From Planctomycetes bacterium UBA1662 (GTDB lineage Bacteria; Planctomycetota; UBA8108): DNA of 64,000 nucleotides. The notes beneath the pieces were generated by a model that was given only the letters and a program-made list of their open reading frames with translations, had not been told where the DNA came from and did no database searches. The DNA lies in NCBI GenBank assembly GCA_002320775.1, contig DCKY01000187.1, positions 7,161 to 71,160 on the forward strand. Direction: 5' to 3'. Positions 7,164-17,392 of the stretch are shown here, piece by piece (position 1 is the stretch's first letter; the number at the start of each line of letters is the position of its first letter). A program made the position numbers and the translations under genes.

Positions 7164-9869
7164 ATGGTGTTCCCAGTCACCTGTTCCAGGTGTATTTTCC
7201 GCTTCGTTCGCCTCTCCTTCCTGTTGCTGGTATGGTTCGCATCCTGGCATCAGGGGAGTGTAGAGGCGCAGGAGTATTCACGGCCGGTCCGCGTTGGAAC
7301 GATCAGCGACCCAAGGATTGATGAAATCTCGGGGATGGTTCCCATCACCGGGCGCCGGGACTATTTCTGGGTCCATAATGACTCGAAGGACGCGGCGCGT
7401 TTGTTCGCGGTTCGCAAAGATGGGGCCCTGGTGGCTGAGGTGGACCTGCCCGGAGCCTCCAATACCGACTACGAGGATATCGCCACCGGCCCCGGCTCCG
7501 ACCCAACTCGCGTCTATCTCTTCATCGCCGATACCGGGAACAACGCGCTCAATCGAAACGAGCTGGTGATCTGGCGTCTGCCCGAGCCCTCTCTGCCGTC
7601 AGTGAACCTTAACCAGAGCCTGGTCGCGGAGAGGTCGGAGGCGATACGTTTTCGCTATCCCGCCGGGACCTATAATAACGAGTCCCTGATCGTTCATCCC
7701 GCCACGGGGATTCTCTATCTCATCACTAAGGTCAATGGTCCGGCCGGCGTGTACCGCTTTCCCAGGAGCACTCCGGGGGGTGCCGTACAGACGCTCGTTC
7801 GTATCGCCACCATGAATATTGGCGGCCTGGTGACAGCCGCCGACCTTACCGGTGACGGCCGCCGTATGCTGGTGCGAACCTTTCCCGCGGTCCAGGAATA
7901 TCGACTTCCGGATGGGGTTCCTTTCGAGAGGATCTTTACCCAGCCGCGGATCATTCTTCCAAATGCAGGCGCTGCCGAACCCAAGAGCGAGTCGATCTGC
8001 TTTGACCTGGATGACCGGGATTTCTTCACCTCCAACGAGGGGAACCCTGCTCCGATTCACCAGACCAGCCTGCTGCGGGAGCAGCCCTTCTGCGTTGAGG
8101 AGAATCCGCCGGTTCTGGCAGGAAGCTTTACCCGTGGAGACCTGGTTGAAGATGGTCCGAAGGGAGGCGAGGTCGACCTGAAGGATGCGATGATTCTTTT
8201 GAGGGTTCACCGGGAGGGAATTGCCCTGCCGTGTCCGGATGCGGCTGATTTCAATGATAACGGACTTCTTGACCGGGAGGATTTCGACGCTTTTATGCAG
8301 GCGTTGGCAGATGGCATCGCCCCCGCGCCACCCTATTCCATCCCGGGGATCGATCCGACCCCCGACGAGCTCGACTGTGGGCTGCAGAGGTCGGTCACCC
8401 TGGTGCCAGCCGGGGCCTCCTGGAGGTATTGGTATTCCCTCGATGCTCCGGGGGATGGCTGGAGCCGGGAGACATTCGATGACACATCCTGGCAAGAGGG
8501 CCAGTCGGGAATCGGGTTCGGCTCGGCGACAGTCCTGACCGCGCTCGACATGCTTCTGAGCCAGCGGAGAGTCTTCTATGCCAGGTGCCGGTTCGATATC
8601 TCAGACCCGGCCGCGGTGAACGCGCTTCTTCTGAGAATCGATTACAACGATGGATTCGTCGCTCATATCAACGGCCTGGAGGTGGCTCGCCGGGGGCTTG
8701 GAGATCCCGGCTTCGCCATCGCGGACTCCGCCTACGCCCGCTATCATCGCGGCGGAATCACTGAAGATGTTTTTCTTTGCCGAGAGCCGCTGCGGCCGGG
8801 TGAAAACATACTGGCTCTCGAAATCTACAACCGCTCCCGGCTTGACCGGTCGCTGTTTTTCAGCGCCGAGCTGATGGATGTGAGAGACAACCAGGCCTCG
8901 GCGCCGGTTCTTCCCCGTATCGAGGGAACCGCGGCCGTTCGCGTAGAAATGGAGCCGCCGCCGAATCTTGAGGGCCAGGGGAGCCTGGGGCTCTATTGCC
9001 GCGGAGATGTTCCTGTCCTGGCCGGCAGCCTCGCCCTCGGCTATTCGAGCGAGCATTTTGATTTTTTCGATCCGGGTACGGAGGCCGAATTCGACTGGTG
9101 GCGGCTTTCGGTGGATGATGAAGCTGGAACGATCTCCTGTGTTTTCGTCTGTGACACCGATGGCCAGGGCCCCCTGGGGCTTCCGTCCGGGGTGGATACC
9201 GAATTGGGAAAGCTCCGGTATACGGTCAGGGCTGAGCGCTCGGGGACCACCCGCATCCGCTTCCAGGAACGACCGGGAGAGCTCCCGCTGAATAATATCC
9301 TGCTGGGAGAGGGAGGGGGAGAGCTCGAACTGGCGACAGAGGATATCGAGATCGAGATCACCGACATTCGGCTGCCCTACATCGTCGATTACGTCAACGC
9401 GCGCGGCCGGCAGGGGGGGATCTTCTACATTGTCGGGCGGCATTTCAGCTCCGGGGTGAATTCGTTGCGCGTGTGCGGCCGGGAGGCGGAGTTTGAGCTG
9501 CTCGCTGATGGTCAGACTGTGCAGGCTATCGCGCCGGGCTGTGAGCTGGCCGGGCCGGCCAGCGTAGAGATTTGTACTGAGGCCGGCTGCTATCTCGATG
9601 AGGAGGGCTTCTTCTATACCGAGGGAAATGGGGCCTGGGTTCGCGGGGACTCCAACGGAGACGCTCTCCTCGATATCTCCGATCCCATCCTGATGCTGGG
9701 CCGCCTTTTCCTGGGCGAGCTGACACGGGAGACCTGCTCCTCTGCTCTCGACGTGAACGCGGATGGAGCCTTCGACATCTCCGACCCCATCATTCTGCTG
9801 CGATTTCTCTTCCAGGGAGATGTGACCCTCACCCCTCCCCTGGCCGCCTCCCCGGCGTTGTGTCCCTGA
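7164..9869 (+). CDS. Large secreted multidomain protein: N-terminal phytase/esterase-like beta-propeller-like region, internal EF/dockerin-like pair, jelly-roll module, cohesin-like segment, C-terminal dockerin-like module.
   Basis: The 901 aa product has a signal peptide. It contains the W..YDD..W..GFG...YNDGFVAHINGLEVAR module that also occurs twice in the 23650..29499 protein. The segment LAGSLALGYSSEHFDF ... AGTISCVFVCDTDG resembles cohesin signatures. The C-terminal repeats are GDSNGDALLDISDPILMLGRLFLGE and DVNADGAFDISDPIILLRFLFQGD. Confidence 0.65.
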   Translation: MVFPVTCSRCIFRFVRLSFLLLVWFASWHQGSVEAQEYSRPVRVGTISDPRIDEISGMVPITGRRDYFWVHNDSKDAARLFAVRKDGALVAEVDLPGASNTDYEDIATGPGSDPTRVYLFIADTGNNALNRNELVIWRLPEPSLPSVNLNQSLVAERSEAIRFRYPAGTYNNESLIVHPATGILYLITKVNGPAGVYRFPRSTPGGAVQTLVRIATMNIGGLVTAADLTGDGRRMLVRTFPAVQEYRLPDGVPFERIFTQPRIILPNAGAAEPKSESICFDLDDRDFFTSNEGNPAPIHQTSLLREQPFCVEENPPVLAGSFTRGDLVEDGPKGGEVDLKDAMILLRVHREGIALPCPDAADFNDNGLLDREDFDAFMQALADGIAPAPPYSIPGIDPTPDELDCGLQRSVTLVPAGASWRYWYSLDAPGDGWSRETFDDTSWQEGQSGIGFGSATVLTALDMLLSQRRVFYARCRFDISDPAAVNALLLRIDYNDGFVAHINGLEVARRGLGDPGFAIADSAYARYHRGGITEDVFLCREPLRPGENILALEIYNRSRLDRSLFFSAELMDVRDNQASAPVLPRIEGTAAVRVEMEPPPNLEGQGSLGLYCRGDVPVLAGSLALGYSSEHFDFFDPGTEAEFDWWRLSVDDEAGTISCVFVCDTDGQGPLGLPSGVDTELGKLRYTVRAERSGTTRIRFQERPGELPLNNILLGEGGGELELATEDIEIEITDIRLPYIVDYVNARGRQGGIFYIVGRHFSSGVNSLRVCGREAEFELLADGQTVQAIAPGCELAGPASVEICTEAGCYLDEEGFFYTEGNGAWVRGDSNGDALLDISDPILMLGRLFLGELTRETCSSALDVNADGAFDISDPIILLRFLFQGDVTLTPPLAASPALCP
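8930..9290 (+). other. Cohesin-like segment (tentative) in the 7164..9869 protein.
   Basis: By eye it resembles type-I cohesin signatures: LxLGY(S/D)xxxxx(F/V), and GTIS(C/F)(V/L)F(V/L).D...G aligned against NGTISFLFLD. It needs profile confirmation. Confidence 0.3.
9640..9820 (+). other. Tandem dockerin-like module at the C-terminus of the 7164..9869 protein.
   Basis: It has two DxNxDGxxDISDPI..L..LF.G repeats. Confidence 0.55.
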
Positions 9870-9884
9870 TGGCCGGCCCGTGGT

Positions 9885-10697
9885 TCAGGGAAGAAAGTCT
9901 CTGAGCAGGTAGGCTCCGAGACCGATGAGGCCGCCGAATACATTTCCCCAGACAACCAGCCAGCCGAGGTGTTTGCGAATCACGTCCTCGATGATGCATT
10001 TCACATCCTGCGGGCTGAGATCTTCGAGGCGCCGCTCGAGCAGGCTGTCGACCTCTCGGCGGATGTCGGCGACCAGGCGTTCGACGTCGAGTTCCAGTCC
10101 GAGCGTTGAGGGATTGGCCGAGAAGTCCCGGGCCGTCTCAAGAACCTTCTTCTTCAGCGAGTCGGTGAAAGATCCGACAAAGGTCCTGACGATATCGAGG
10201 ATCGTGTCTTTTCCCACGAGGCTGAGCAATCCGCCGAGTGCCGAGCTCTCAAAGATTTTCTCCACCTGCTCATCCAGCAGGGGGTCAAGAACCTCGGGGC
10301 GAGTCAGCTGGTCCCATTGCGTTTCGACAAAGGTAACGGCAGGGCTGCCTCCTCCCTCTCCCTTGAGATAGGAGAGGAGGTCCACCTCGGCGGTCTTCTC
10401 GCGGAGAAATTGATGCAGGTTCTCTTCGGTGAAGAACTGGTCGAGGATGAGGCGTCTGATCTCCTCCCGAATTTCGGCAAACCGGGACTGGATCACTCCT
10501 GAACCCGCGAGACCGGGTATCCGGTCAAAGAGCATTTTCACCGCCAGCGTGTTGGTGATGCCGCCGCTGAACGCGAAGAGGCCAATGGAGAGAATCATAG
10601 CGCCGGCTGCCGCGGCGGTTTCTGTCGCCGTCAGCAGGAGTCCTGTCAGGAGCAGGGTTCCGGAGGCCAGGTTGGAGAGGGTGCCTTTGTTGATCAT
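9885..10697 (-). CDS. Membrane protein, DUF445/YjiN-like (tentative).
   Basis: The ORF runs to 10820. The likely start is MINKGTL at 10697. The product has N-terminal TM helices followed by a long charged helical domain. The resemblance to the DUF445 family is by pattern only. Confidence 0.45.
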   Translation of the reverse strand: MINKGTLSNLASGTLLLTGLLLTATETAAAAGAMILSIGLFAFSGGITNTLAVKMLFDRIPGLAGSGVIQSRFAEIREEIRRLILDQFFTEENLHQFLREKTAEVDLLSYLKGEGGGSPAVTFVETQWDQLTRPEVLDPLLDEQVEKIFESSALGGLLSLVGKDTILDIVRTFVGSFTDSLKKKVLETARDFSANPSTLGLELDVERLVADIRREVDSLLERRLEDLSPQDVKCIIEDVIRKHLGWLVVWGNVFGGLIGLGAYLLRDFLP

Positions 10698-10849
10698 AGG
10701 GGCAGGACAGTGTAGCAGAGAGGGAGGCGGCTGCAAGAAGGGCGCCTTCGGCCTTCTTGCTCGCATGGACTGTCGCCTGCTGGTAACTTTTCCAGCAGGC
10801 TCCCCGGCCCGGTCGGTCATTCAGCCGCAATTTTCCCAGGAAGATCGAG

Positions 10850-11593
10850 ATGCTCCATTATTTCAAGTTCTGTTCGGAGGTTCCCTCTCCCGCCCCAGCC
10901 CGTGGTGCTTACCACAAGCGACAACCCGGCAAGGGGTGGCCTGAAGAGTGCCCTCCGATGCGGGCCGCTAATTCCTTTGGCTGGGACCTTCTCTGTCCGA
11001 GTGATCTGGAGTTCAGCCGGCACGAAGACGGCTGGCGGCTGGATACGCCTGTTACGCTGGAGAGTGATTGGGATTATGCCGCGGCCGCTGATGGGGAGGG
11101 TGTCCCCCTGACGCAGGAAAATGCCTGGTTCTGGGAGCAGGACCAGATGCTGCCGCACGTGATTACCCCGGAGGTCTATCCGGAGATCGAGAACCAGGTG
11201 AAGGTTTCGACGCTGCTTTTCATGCGAACCGAGAGCGACGAGCTGCTTTATTTCTGCGACATCCCCAATCTTTCGCGACCCTTCAAGGTGCTGAGCGCCC
11301 TGGTGGATACGGACTGGTACCCGTCCTCCTATCCCTGGCATTGCGTTCTCGAGCTTGACCCCTCGGCGGAGAAAATCCGTATCGCCCGGGGCGATCCTCT
11401 CTGCCGGGTTTTTACCGTTCGGCGCGAGCATTACAGAGCGCATGAGATGTCATTCGATGACTTTGGGGCCTATTTCGAGCGCGGCCAGCAATGGCTCAGG
11501 GAATACGGCCGCGCGGGAGATGCCGAATCGCTTGATATTACAGGTACCTATGGGAAGCAGCAGCAGCTGTCGAGGTTCAGCGTCGATTCATAG
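10850..11593 (+). CDS. Hypothetical protein.
   Basis: The 247 aa ORF has coding-like composition. I recognise no family. Confidence 0.4.
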   Translation: MLHYFKFCSEVPSPAPARGAYHKRQPGKGWPEECPPMRAANSFGWDLLCPSDLEFSRHEDGWRLDTPVTLESDWDYAAAADGEGVPLTQENAWFWEQDQMLPHVITPEVYPEIENQVKVSTLLFMRTESDELLYFCDIPNLSRPFKVLSALVDTDWYPSSYPWHCVLELDPSAEKIRIARGDPLCRVFTVRREHYRAHEMSFDDFGAYFERGQQWLREYGRAGDAESLDITGTYGKQQQLSRFSVDS

Positions 11594-11621
11594 GGGGGCG
11601 GCCTGGGGGCAAGCTTGATTT

Positions 11622-11658
11622 GTCCAGCCCATCGTCTCGGTGGGAGACAGCTTGATTT
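11622..11658. repeat. Direct repeat AGCTTGATTT x2, 27 bp apart, about 120 bp upstream of pckA.
   Basis: The copies are exact, at 11622..11631 and 11649..11658, in an AT-richer promoter region. Confidence 0.4.
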
Positions 11659-11772
11659 TCTCAGGCTAAGTCTATATGGTAGTTCATCTTCATGCTCTCT
11701 ACAGGAGAGAGAAGAGGACTATTCGGTAGGCATACAATCATATTATCAGGGAGCTGTGTTTAAGTTAGATCC

Positions 11773-13344
11773 ATGAGTGAGCAAGGCAACGAACTTGAGT
11801 TTAATGAAGAGTATATGAATCTGCGTCCGGCTCGTCTTTACGAGATTGGAACCTCTCTGGAGGGGGCGCAGATCAGTTCAACTGGCGCTCTCGCCGCCAA
11901 TTCAGGCGCCAAGACCGGCCGCTCTCCCAAGGACAAGCGAGTTGTCAAAAATTCCGCCACCGAGGGGGATGTCTGGTGGGGCTCGGTCAATATTGCCCTG
12001 GAGGAGTCGAGCTTCGAGACAAATCGCGCCGCGGCGATCGAGTTTCTCGCCGCCCAGCCGCGCCTCTACGTTGTAGATGGATTTGCCGGCTGGGATCCCA
12101 AGTACCGCCTCAAGGTCCGGATTGTCTGTTCCCAGGCCTACCATGCGCTCTTCATGTATAACATGCTTATCCGCCCGACGGATGAGGAGCTGGCAGCCTT
12201 CGGCGATCCGGACTTTACGGTCTACAACGCCGGCAGCCTGGCTGCAGATACCTCCATAGAGGGAGTCGACACGACGACGAATGCCGCGCTCAGCTTTGAG
12301 CGCAACGAGATGGTGATTCTCGGCACGGAATACGCAGGAGAGATGAAGAAGGGTGTCTTCACCCTGATGAACTACCTCATGCCCAGGGATGGCGTTCTCT
12401 CCATGCACTGCAGCGCGAATGAGGGTGCCGAGGGAGATGTCTCTCTCTTCTTCGGTCTCTCCGGGACCGGAAAGACCACCCTCTCAGCTGATCCCGGCCG
12501 TAAGCTTATAGGTGACGACGAGCATTGCTGGTCGGCCGATGGCGTCTTTAATATCGAGGGAGGGTGCTATGCCAAGTGCATCGACCTCACTCCGGAGAGT
12601 GAGCCCGAGATCTACCAGTCCATCCGCTTCGGCTCGATTCTCGAGAATGTTGTTTTCGACCCGCGCACTCGCGAGGTGGACTACACCGACTGCTCGTTGA
12701 CGCAGAACACTCGCTGCTCTTACCCGATCGAGTTCATACCCAACGCCAAGGTGCCCTGTGTCGGTTCCCATCCGAAGAACGTGGTGCTGCTGACCTGTGA
12801 CGCCTTCGGGATTCTTCCGCCGGTCAGCAAGCTTTCTCCCGCCCAGGCTATGTACCACTTCATCAGCGGCTATACGGCGAAGGTCGCCGGCACCGAGATG
12901 GGCGTGACCGAGCCCGAGGCGACCTTCTCGGCCTGCTTCGGCGCCGCCTTCCTGGTCTGGCACCCGACGAAGTACGCGGAGATGCTTGCCGAGAAGATCC
13001 GCGAATTTGGTTCCAACGTCTGGCTGGTCAACACGGGCTGGACCGGTGGAGGCTTCGGTGAGGGCTCCAGGATCAGCCTTCCCTATACCCGGGCGATTAT
13101 CGACGCGATTCACAGCGGTGATCTTGACGATGTCGCCTGCCAGGAGGATGAAACCTTCGGCTTCCAGGTGCCAACGGAATGTCCCGGTGTGCCAGCCGAG
13201 CTGCTGGTTCCCAAGAATACCTGGGAGGACAAGGAGGCCTATGACGCCGGCGCGGCCAGGCTTTCGGAGCTTTTCCGGGAAAACTTCAAGACCTACGCCG
13301 ATGGAGCCACCGACGAGATTCTCGCCGCCGGCCCACGCGGCTGA
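11773..13344 (+). CDS. pckA: Phosphoenolpyruvate carboxykinase (ATP).
   Basis: The 523 aa product has the kinase-1a P-loop [11 protein letters not shown], and PEPCK-ATP family blocks throughout. Confidence 0.95.
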   Translation: MSEQGNELEFNEEYMNLRPARLYEIGTSLEGAQISSTGALAANSGAKTGRSPKDKRVVKNSATEGDVWWGSVNIALEESSFETNRAAAIEFLAAQPRLYVVDGFAGWDPKYRLKVRIVCSQAYHALFMYNMLIRPTDEELAAFGDPDFTVYNAGSLAADTSIEGVDTTTNAALSFERNEMVILGTEYAGEMKKGVFTLMNYLMPRDGVLSMHCSANEGAEGDVSLFFGLSGTGKTTLSADPGRKLIGDDEHCWSADGVFNIEGGCYAKCIDLTPESEPEIYQSIRFGSILENVVFDPRTREVDYTDCSLTQNTRCSYPIEFIPNAKVPCVGSHPKNVVLLTCDAFGILPPVSKLSPAQAMYHFISGYTAKVAGTEMGVTEPEATFSACFGAAFLVWHPTKYAEMLAEKIREFGSNVWLVNTGWTGGGFGEGSRISLPYTRAIIDAIHSGDLDDVACQEDETFGFQVPTECPGVPAELLVPKNTWEDKEAYDAGAARLSELFRENFKTYADGATDEILAAGPRG

Positions 13345-13357
13345 TCTTAAAGAGGTT

Positions 13358-13930
13358 TTAAACCGGCGATCCGATAGCCAGCTGGTAGCAGTGGGCGAAC
13401 AGCAGGTCGAATTCGAGCTCCTGTAGCTGTTCGAGGTCGAGGCGGCAGTTTTCAAGCTGCCCGCGGACAGCCGTTTCACAGGCATCGGTGAATCCGAAGG
13501 GGTCCCAGGAGGGTGAGATGAATCCCGCCAGGATCTCGGCATCCGTTATCGATGGAGCGGCCTCGGCGAGCTGTTCGAAAATGGCGTGTGGTCCCACCCT
13601 GTTGAACCAGTACTTGGAGTTGGGGTAGTCCGGCTCGAGCCGATGCATGATGGCATGCCAGTAGCTGCCCTCGGCCGAGCCGAGCCTCTGGCTCAGGTCA
13701 TGAGATTCCTCCTGGAAATCTCCGCGGAGCAGCAGGCCGCTGCGAATGCAGGTGGCCATCCCGGGGTCCACTTGCTCAGCTCCCAGGAGCTCCTCGTCAC
13801 TGAGCCGGGCGATCCGGTCCGGCCAGGGCTCGCTCAGGTCATAGGCCGGGGTAAGCCCCAGCAGGGGAATGTCCTGGCGAATCCGGCCAAGGATCCGCGC
13901 CGCCTGGCAGTCATCGGGTAGGTTTTGCAT
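13358..13930 (-). CDS. Hypothetical protein.
   Basis: The 190 aa ORF is convergent with pckA. I recognise no family. Confidence 0.4.
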   Translation of the reverse strand: MQNLPDDCQAARILGRIRQDIPLLGLTPAYDLSEPWPDRIARLSDEELLGAEQVDPGMATCIRSGLLLRGDFQEESHDLSQRLGSAEGSYWHAIMHRLEPDYPNSKYWFNRVGPHAIFEQLAEAAPSITDAEILAGFISPSWDPFGFTDACETAVRGQLENCRLDLEQLQELEFDLLFAHCYQLAIGSPV

Positions 13931-14030
13931 GGGGGCGAGTTAAAGCTCTTCTGTGGTCCTGATTGTACCGGGCGGAAATCATAGCAGGATGAGGTGGGCG
14001 GGTCGAGGACCTGCGTGGCGGCCGTGTTCT

Positions 14031-15074
14031 TCAGGGAGCCTTCCTGAGTTTCTTCGAAGCGCTCTCCAGGAATCGGCGCTCCTCGGAGCTCAGGCTCCCC
14101 ATTCCTTCTTTGTGAATTTTTTCAAGCAGTCCATCAAGACGTTCCCGGTCCCGGGCTTCTCGCTGTTCTTTTTTATCTTCTCGCCGCTGTTGTCTCTTGA
14201 GCTTCCATCCTTCAAAGAAGCCCCGGCGTTTCTCTCCCGGTCCCGGGTGTTCGAGGCTGGTATAGCCTTGAGAAAAATCATGGCCGAAGGCGCCGCTGTC
14301 CTCGGTGTCGTAGAGCACCTGCTCGCGGACCTGCCTGGCGGTCATGAAGTAGAACAGCCCGCAGAAGGCGCTCACAAATCCAAGCTCGTCAAGGAAGGGA
14401 TGGGCGAATCTCCAATTCTCATCTGAGAAGCCCAGGACGATGGTGGCGCCCCCGAAGAGGAGGGCGAGTATGGCGGTGAACTTCGAGATTTTCAGGGTGA
14501 GCTCCAGCGCGCCGTGATGGGAGCCCATCCTTCTCCACAGCACGCAGTGCAGAAGCCGTCCGCCGTCCAGGGGGTAGCAGGGAAGAAGGTTCACCAGGAG
14601 GAGAACGAAGTTCCAGAGGAAGAGGTATTGCAGCAGGCGCTGCCAGAAAATCGGCTGGCCCGAAAAGGGCAGAAACTCAAGCTCCAGGAGAAGGCAGGCC
14701 GCTGTGACCAGCAGTCCTAGTCCCAGGTTGACGAGAGGCCCTCCTGCTGCGACCCAGAACTGCGCGCGATGGTCATGCGGCGCCTCGCATACCGCCAGGC
14801 CCCCAAGGGGCCAGAGGATGATTCTCTCCGTTCTTCCGCCCTGCCTGTGAGCGGCGTAGGCATGGCCGAGTTCATGCAGCAGGATCGTCAGCAGGAGCGC
14901 CAGGGCGAAGGCCGCGAAGGCCAGCAGGGGCGTTCCGTACTGGCCGTGATTTTGCAGCAGGATGTCGAACAGCTTGAGGCCGATGATCAACAGGAGGATC
15001 CAGTGCGCCCAGATGTCGATTCCAAACAGGCGGCTTACCCGCAGGCCAGAGTGACGGAAGGAGTTTTCTCTCAT
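14031..15074 (-). CDS. Site-2 protease family (peptidase M50) membrane zinc metalloprotease.
   Basis: It has the HELGH zinc motif, the LDGG motif (NLLPCYPLDGGRLL) and multiple TM helices. I trimmed the ORF start to MRENSF at 15074. The track's upstream extension to 15359 is low-complexity and overlaps the aminotransferase gene. Confidence 0.8.
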   Translation of the reverse strand: MRENSFRHSGLRVSRLFGIDIWAHWILLLIIGLKLFDILLQNHGQYGTPLLAFAAFALALLLTILLHELGHAYAAHRQGGRTERIILWPLGGLAVCEAPHDHRAQFWVAAGGPLVNLGLGLLVTAACLLLELEFLPFSGQPIFWQRLLQYLFLWNFVLLLVNLLPCYPLDGGRLLHCVLWRRMGSHHGALELTLKISKFTAILALLFGGATIVLGFSDENWRFAHPFLDELGFVSAFCGLFYFMTARQVREQVLYDTEDSGAFGHDFSQGYTSLEHPGPGEKRRGFFEGWKLKRQQRREDKKEQREARDRERLDGLLEKIHKEGMGSLSSEERRFLESASKKLRKAP

Positions 15075-15099
15075 CAGGCTTCGCCTTTGCGGTCCATTT

Positions 15100-16263
15100 T
15101 CATCGGGTCTTTCCAAGGAGGCCTTCGAGGCGCGCGATGGCTGCGCCCAGCTTCTCCATCGAGGTGGCGTAGGACAATCGAATATAGCCCTCTCCGCTCG
15201 AGCCGAAGGATGCTCCTGAGAGCACGGCGACCCCGGCCTCAACAAGGAGCTTAGTGGCCAGGTCGTCGGAGGACATGCCGGTCCCGGTGATGTTGGCGAA
15301 GGCGTAGAAGGCTCCGCCGGGCGGAGCGCAGCTGATTCCGCGGATCCCGTTGAGGGCATCGACGAGGAAATCCCTCCGCTGGCGGAACTCGCTGACCATG
15401 GCGAGGACGGAGTCCTGCGGGCCGCGCAGGGCCTCGACGGCCGCGTGCTGGCTGAAGGTGCAGGCGCAGGAGGCTATGTTGACGTTGTAAAGATCGAAGG
15501 TCTCGACCAGGGCGGGGGGGAGAATGGCGAATCCCAGCCGCCAGCCGGTCATCGAATAGGTCTTTGAGAAGCCATCGACGATGATGGTCCGGCCATCCGC
15601 GTTCTCAACGGAGGCGATGGTTTCAAATGGCGAGTCGTAGCAGAAGTGAAGGTAGATTTCATCACTGAGGATCGTGATGTCATGTTCGGCGGCCGCGGCG
15701 GCTACCGCCTCGAGGTCTTCGAGCTCGAGGACGCCGCCGGTAGGGTTCTGGGGCGAGTTGAGGATCACCAGCCTGGTGCGGTCGGATACCAGCGCGCGAA
15801 ATTCATCGGTATCGAAGCGGAAGCCGGTTTCCTCGCGAAGAGGCAGCGGTACCGCTCTGGCGCCGGAATGGGCTATCACAGACTGGTAGGCGGGAAAGCC
15901 GGGGTCGGGGTAGATGACCTCGTCGCCCGGGCCCGCGAGAGCGTTGATCGTATAGAAGAGCAGGGCCTTGGCGCCGGGGGCTACCACGACCTGGTCCGGG
16001 CTGAACTCAAGGCCTCGAAGGGCTCCAGCTTTTTCAGCGATGGCGGCGCGCAGTTCAGGCAGTCCCTGGGATGGGCCGTAGCCCGTATGTCCATCGGCGA
16101 GGGCTTGTACGGCGGCCTCTTTGACGTGGTCGGGGGTCGGGAAATCGGGCTGACCGATCTCGAGATGGATGATCTCCTGGCCGGCGGCCTCGAGTTCCTG
16201 CGCCCGCCGCAGTACGTCAAAAGCCGATTCACCGGCAAGTTGTCGCGCTCGTTCATGCAGCAT
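15100..16263 (-). CDS. Pyridoxal-phosphate-dependent aminotransferase, class I (aspartate/aromatic-type).
   Basis: The 387 aa product has the PLP-lysine block SKTYSMTGWRLGF, and the N-terminal IHLEIGQPDFPTP motif. Confidence 0.85.
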   Translation of the reverse strand: MLHERARQLAGESAFDVLRRAQELEAAGQEIIHLEIGQPDFPTPDHVKEAAVQALADGHTGYGPSQGLPELRAAIAEKAGALRGLEFSPDQVVVAPGAKALLFYTINALAGPGDEVIYPDPGFPAYQSVIAHSGARAVPLPLREETGFRFDTDEFRALVSDRTRLVILNSPQNPTGGVLELEDLEAVAAAAAEHDITILSDEIYLHFCYDSPFETIASVENADGRTIIVDGFSKTYSMTGWRLGFAILPPALVETFDLYNVNIASCACTFSQHAAVEALRGPQDSVLAMVSEFRQRRDFLVDALNGIRGISCAPPGGAFYAFANITGTGMSSDDLATKLLVEAGVAVLSGASFGSSGEGYIRLSYATSMEKLGAAIARLEGLLGKTR

Positions 16264-16365
16264 GAAAGTATGATAGCCAGCGGCGGGCAGACTCTACACT
16301 TGAAAGTATCCGGTCAGAGCATCAAACTGCAGCCCTGTAAGAGCTTCGGCCTGACCTGGTGAGAG

Positions 16366-17388
16366 ATGATGCAGACAGCGAAAAGTCATAAACCGCTCCA
16401 GTTGGGATCCAACCTGACCATCTGGCCCCCGGTCGTTCTTGCGCCCATGGCAGGGGTGACGAACTATCCCTACCGTAAGATCTGTTCCGAGCTTGGCGCC
16501 GGTCTCTGCGTCAGCGAGATGGTGAGTTCGAGGGGTATTCTCGAGGGGCATCGCGGCACCTGGAAGCTGGTTCATTTCGCTGAGACCGAACGCCCCCGCT
16601 CCATACAGATCTTTGGCGGCGACCCTGTGGCTATGGGCGAGTCTGCCCGCCGGCTCAAGGATGAGCTGCAGGTAGACCATATCGATATCAACTTCGGCTG
16701 CCCGGTCAAGAAGCTGGTCAACAAGGGGATGGGCGCCGCTGTACCGACGAATCCTGAGAACTGCCGTGCGGTGGTTCGAGCTGTCGTTGAAGCGGTCGAT
16801 CCCTTGCCGGTCACGATCAAGGTCCGGCTGGGCATCGATGATGAAAACCTCACATTCCTCGACGCGGGTCGAATCGCCCAGGAGGAGGGCTGCTCATGGA
16901 TCACCGTGCACGGCCGCACGGTGAAGCAGATGTACTCGGGAAAGGCCAATTGGGAGCTCATCGCGGAGCTGAACGACAAGATCGAGATCCCGGTGCTTGG
17001 CAATGGTGATATCTTCGAGGCCGAAGACGGGCTGGAGCGTATGCGCAGGGCCGGGGTTCCCGGTATCGTGATTGGCCGGGGCTGCCTGGGAAATCCGTGG
17101 CTCTTTCGTGAACTGAGGGCTCTCTTCGATGGAGAGGCTCCGCCGCCGAGGCCGGCAGTCGAGGAGATTGTCGAGATGGTTCGTGAACATTTCCAACTGC
17201 TCCTCGTTCACTATGGAGAATCCGAGAGGGCGGCGATTCTCAGGATGCGAAAATTCGGAGCCTGGTACGCCACAGGTTTTCACGGCGCGGCTGAATTCAG
17301 GCGCCGCTTCAACACGGTCCGCAGCGGCGAAGAGCTCGAGGAAATTCTCGGGCTCTGGCTGGCGGGGCAGTCGCAGAGGGAGGGCTGA
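16366..17388 (+). CDS. dus: tRNA-dihydrouridine synthase.
   Basis: It has PMAGVTNYPYRKI, an FMN-binding TIM barrel and the conserved Cys region. Confidence 0.9.
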   Translation: MMQTAKSHKPLQLGSNLTIWPPVVLAPMAGVTNYPYRKICSELGAGLCVSEMVSSRGILEGHRGTWKLVHFAETERPRSIQIFGGDPVAMGESARRLKDELQVDHIDINFGCPVKKLVNKGMGAAVPTNPENCRAVVRAVVEAVDPLPVTIKVRLGIDDENLTFLDAGRIAQEEGCSWITVHGRTVKQMYSGKANWELIAELNDKIEIPVLGNGDIFEAEDGLERMRRAGVPGIVIGRGCLGNPWLFRELRALFDGEAPPPRPAVEEIVEMVREHFQLLLVHYGESERAAILRMRKFGAWYATGFHGAAEFRRRFNTVRSGEELEEILGLWLAGQSQREG

Positions 17389-17392
17389 GCGC

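Noticed and set aside
14031-15359. An upstream extension of the M50 protease ORF from 15075 to 15359.
   Set aside because: It is low-complexity P/S/A-rich sequence that overlaps the aminotransferase gene. The true start is more likely MRENSF at 15074.
17129-17392. An upstream extension of the methyltransferase ORF into dus.
   Set aside because: It overlaps the dus 3' end in another frame and is an Arg-rich frame. The ATG at 17393 sits just after the dus stop.
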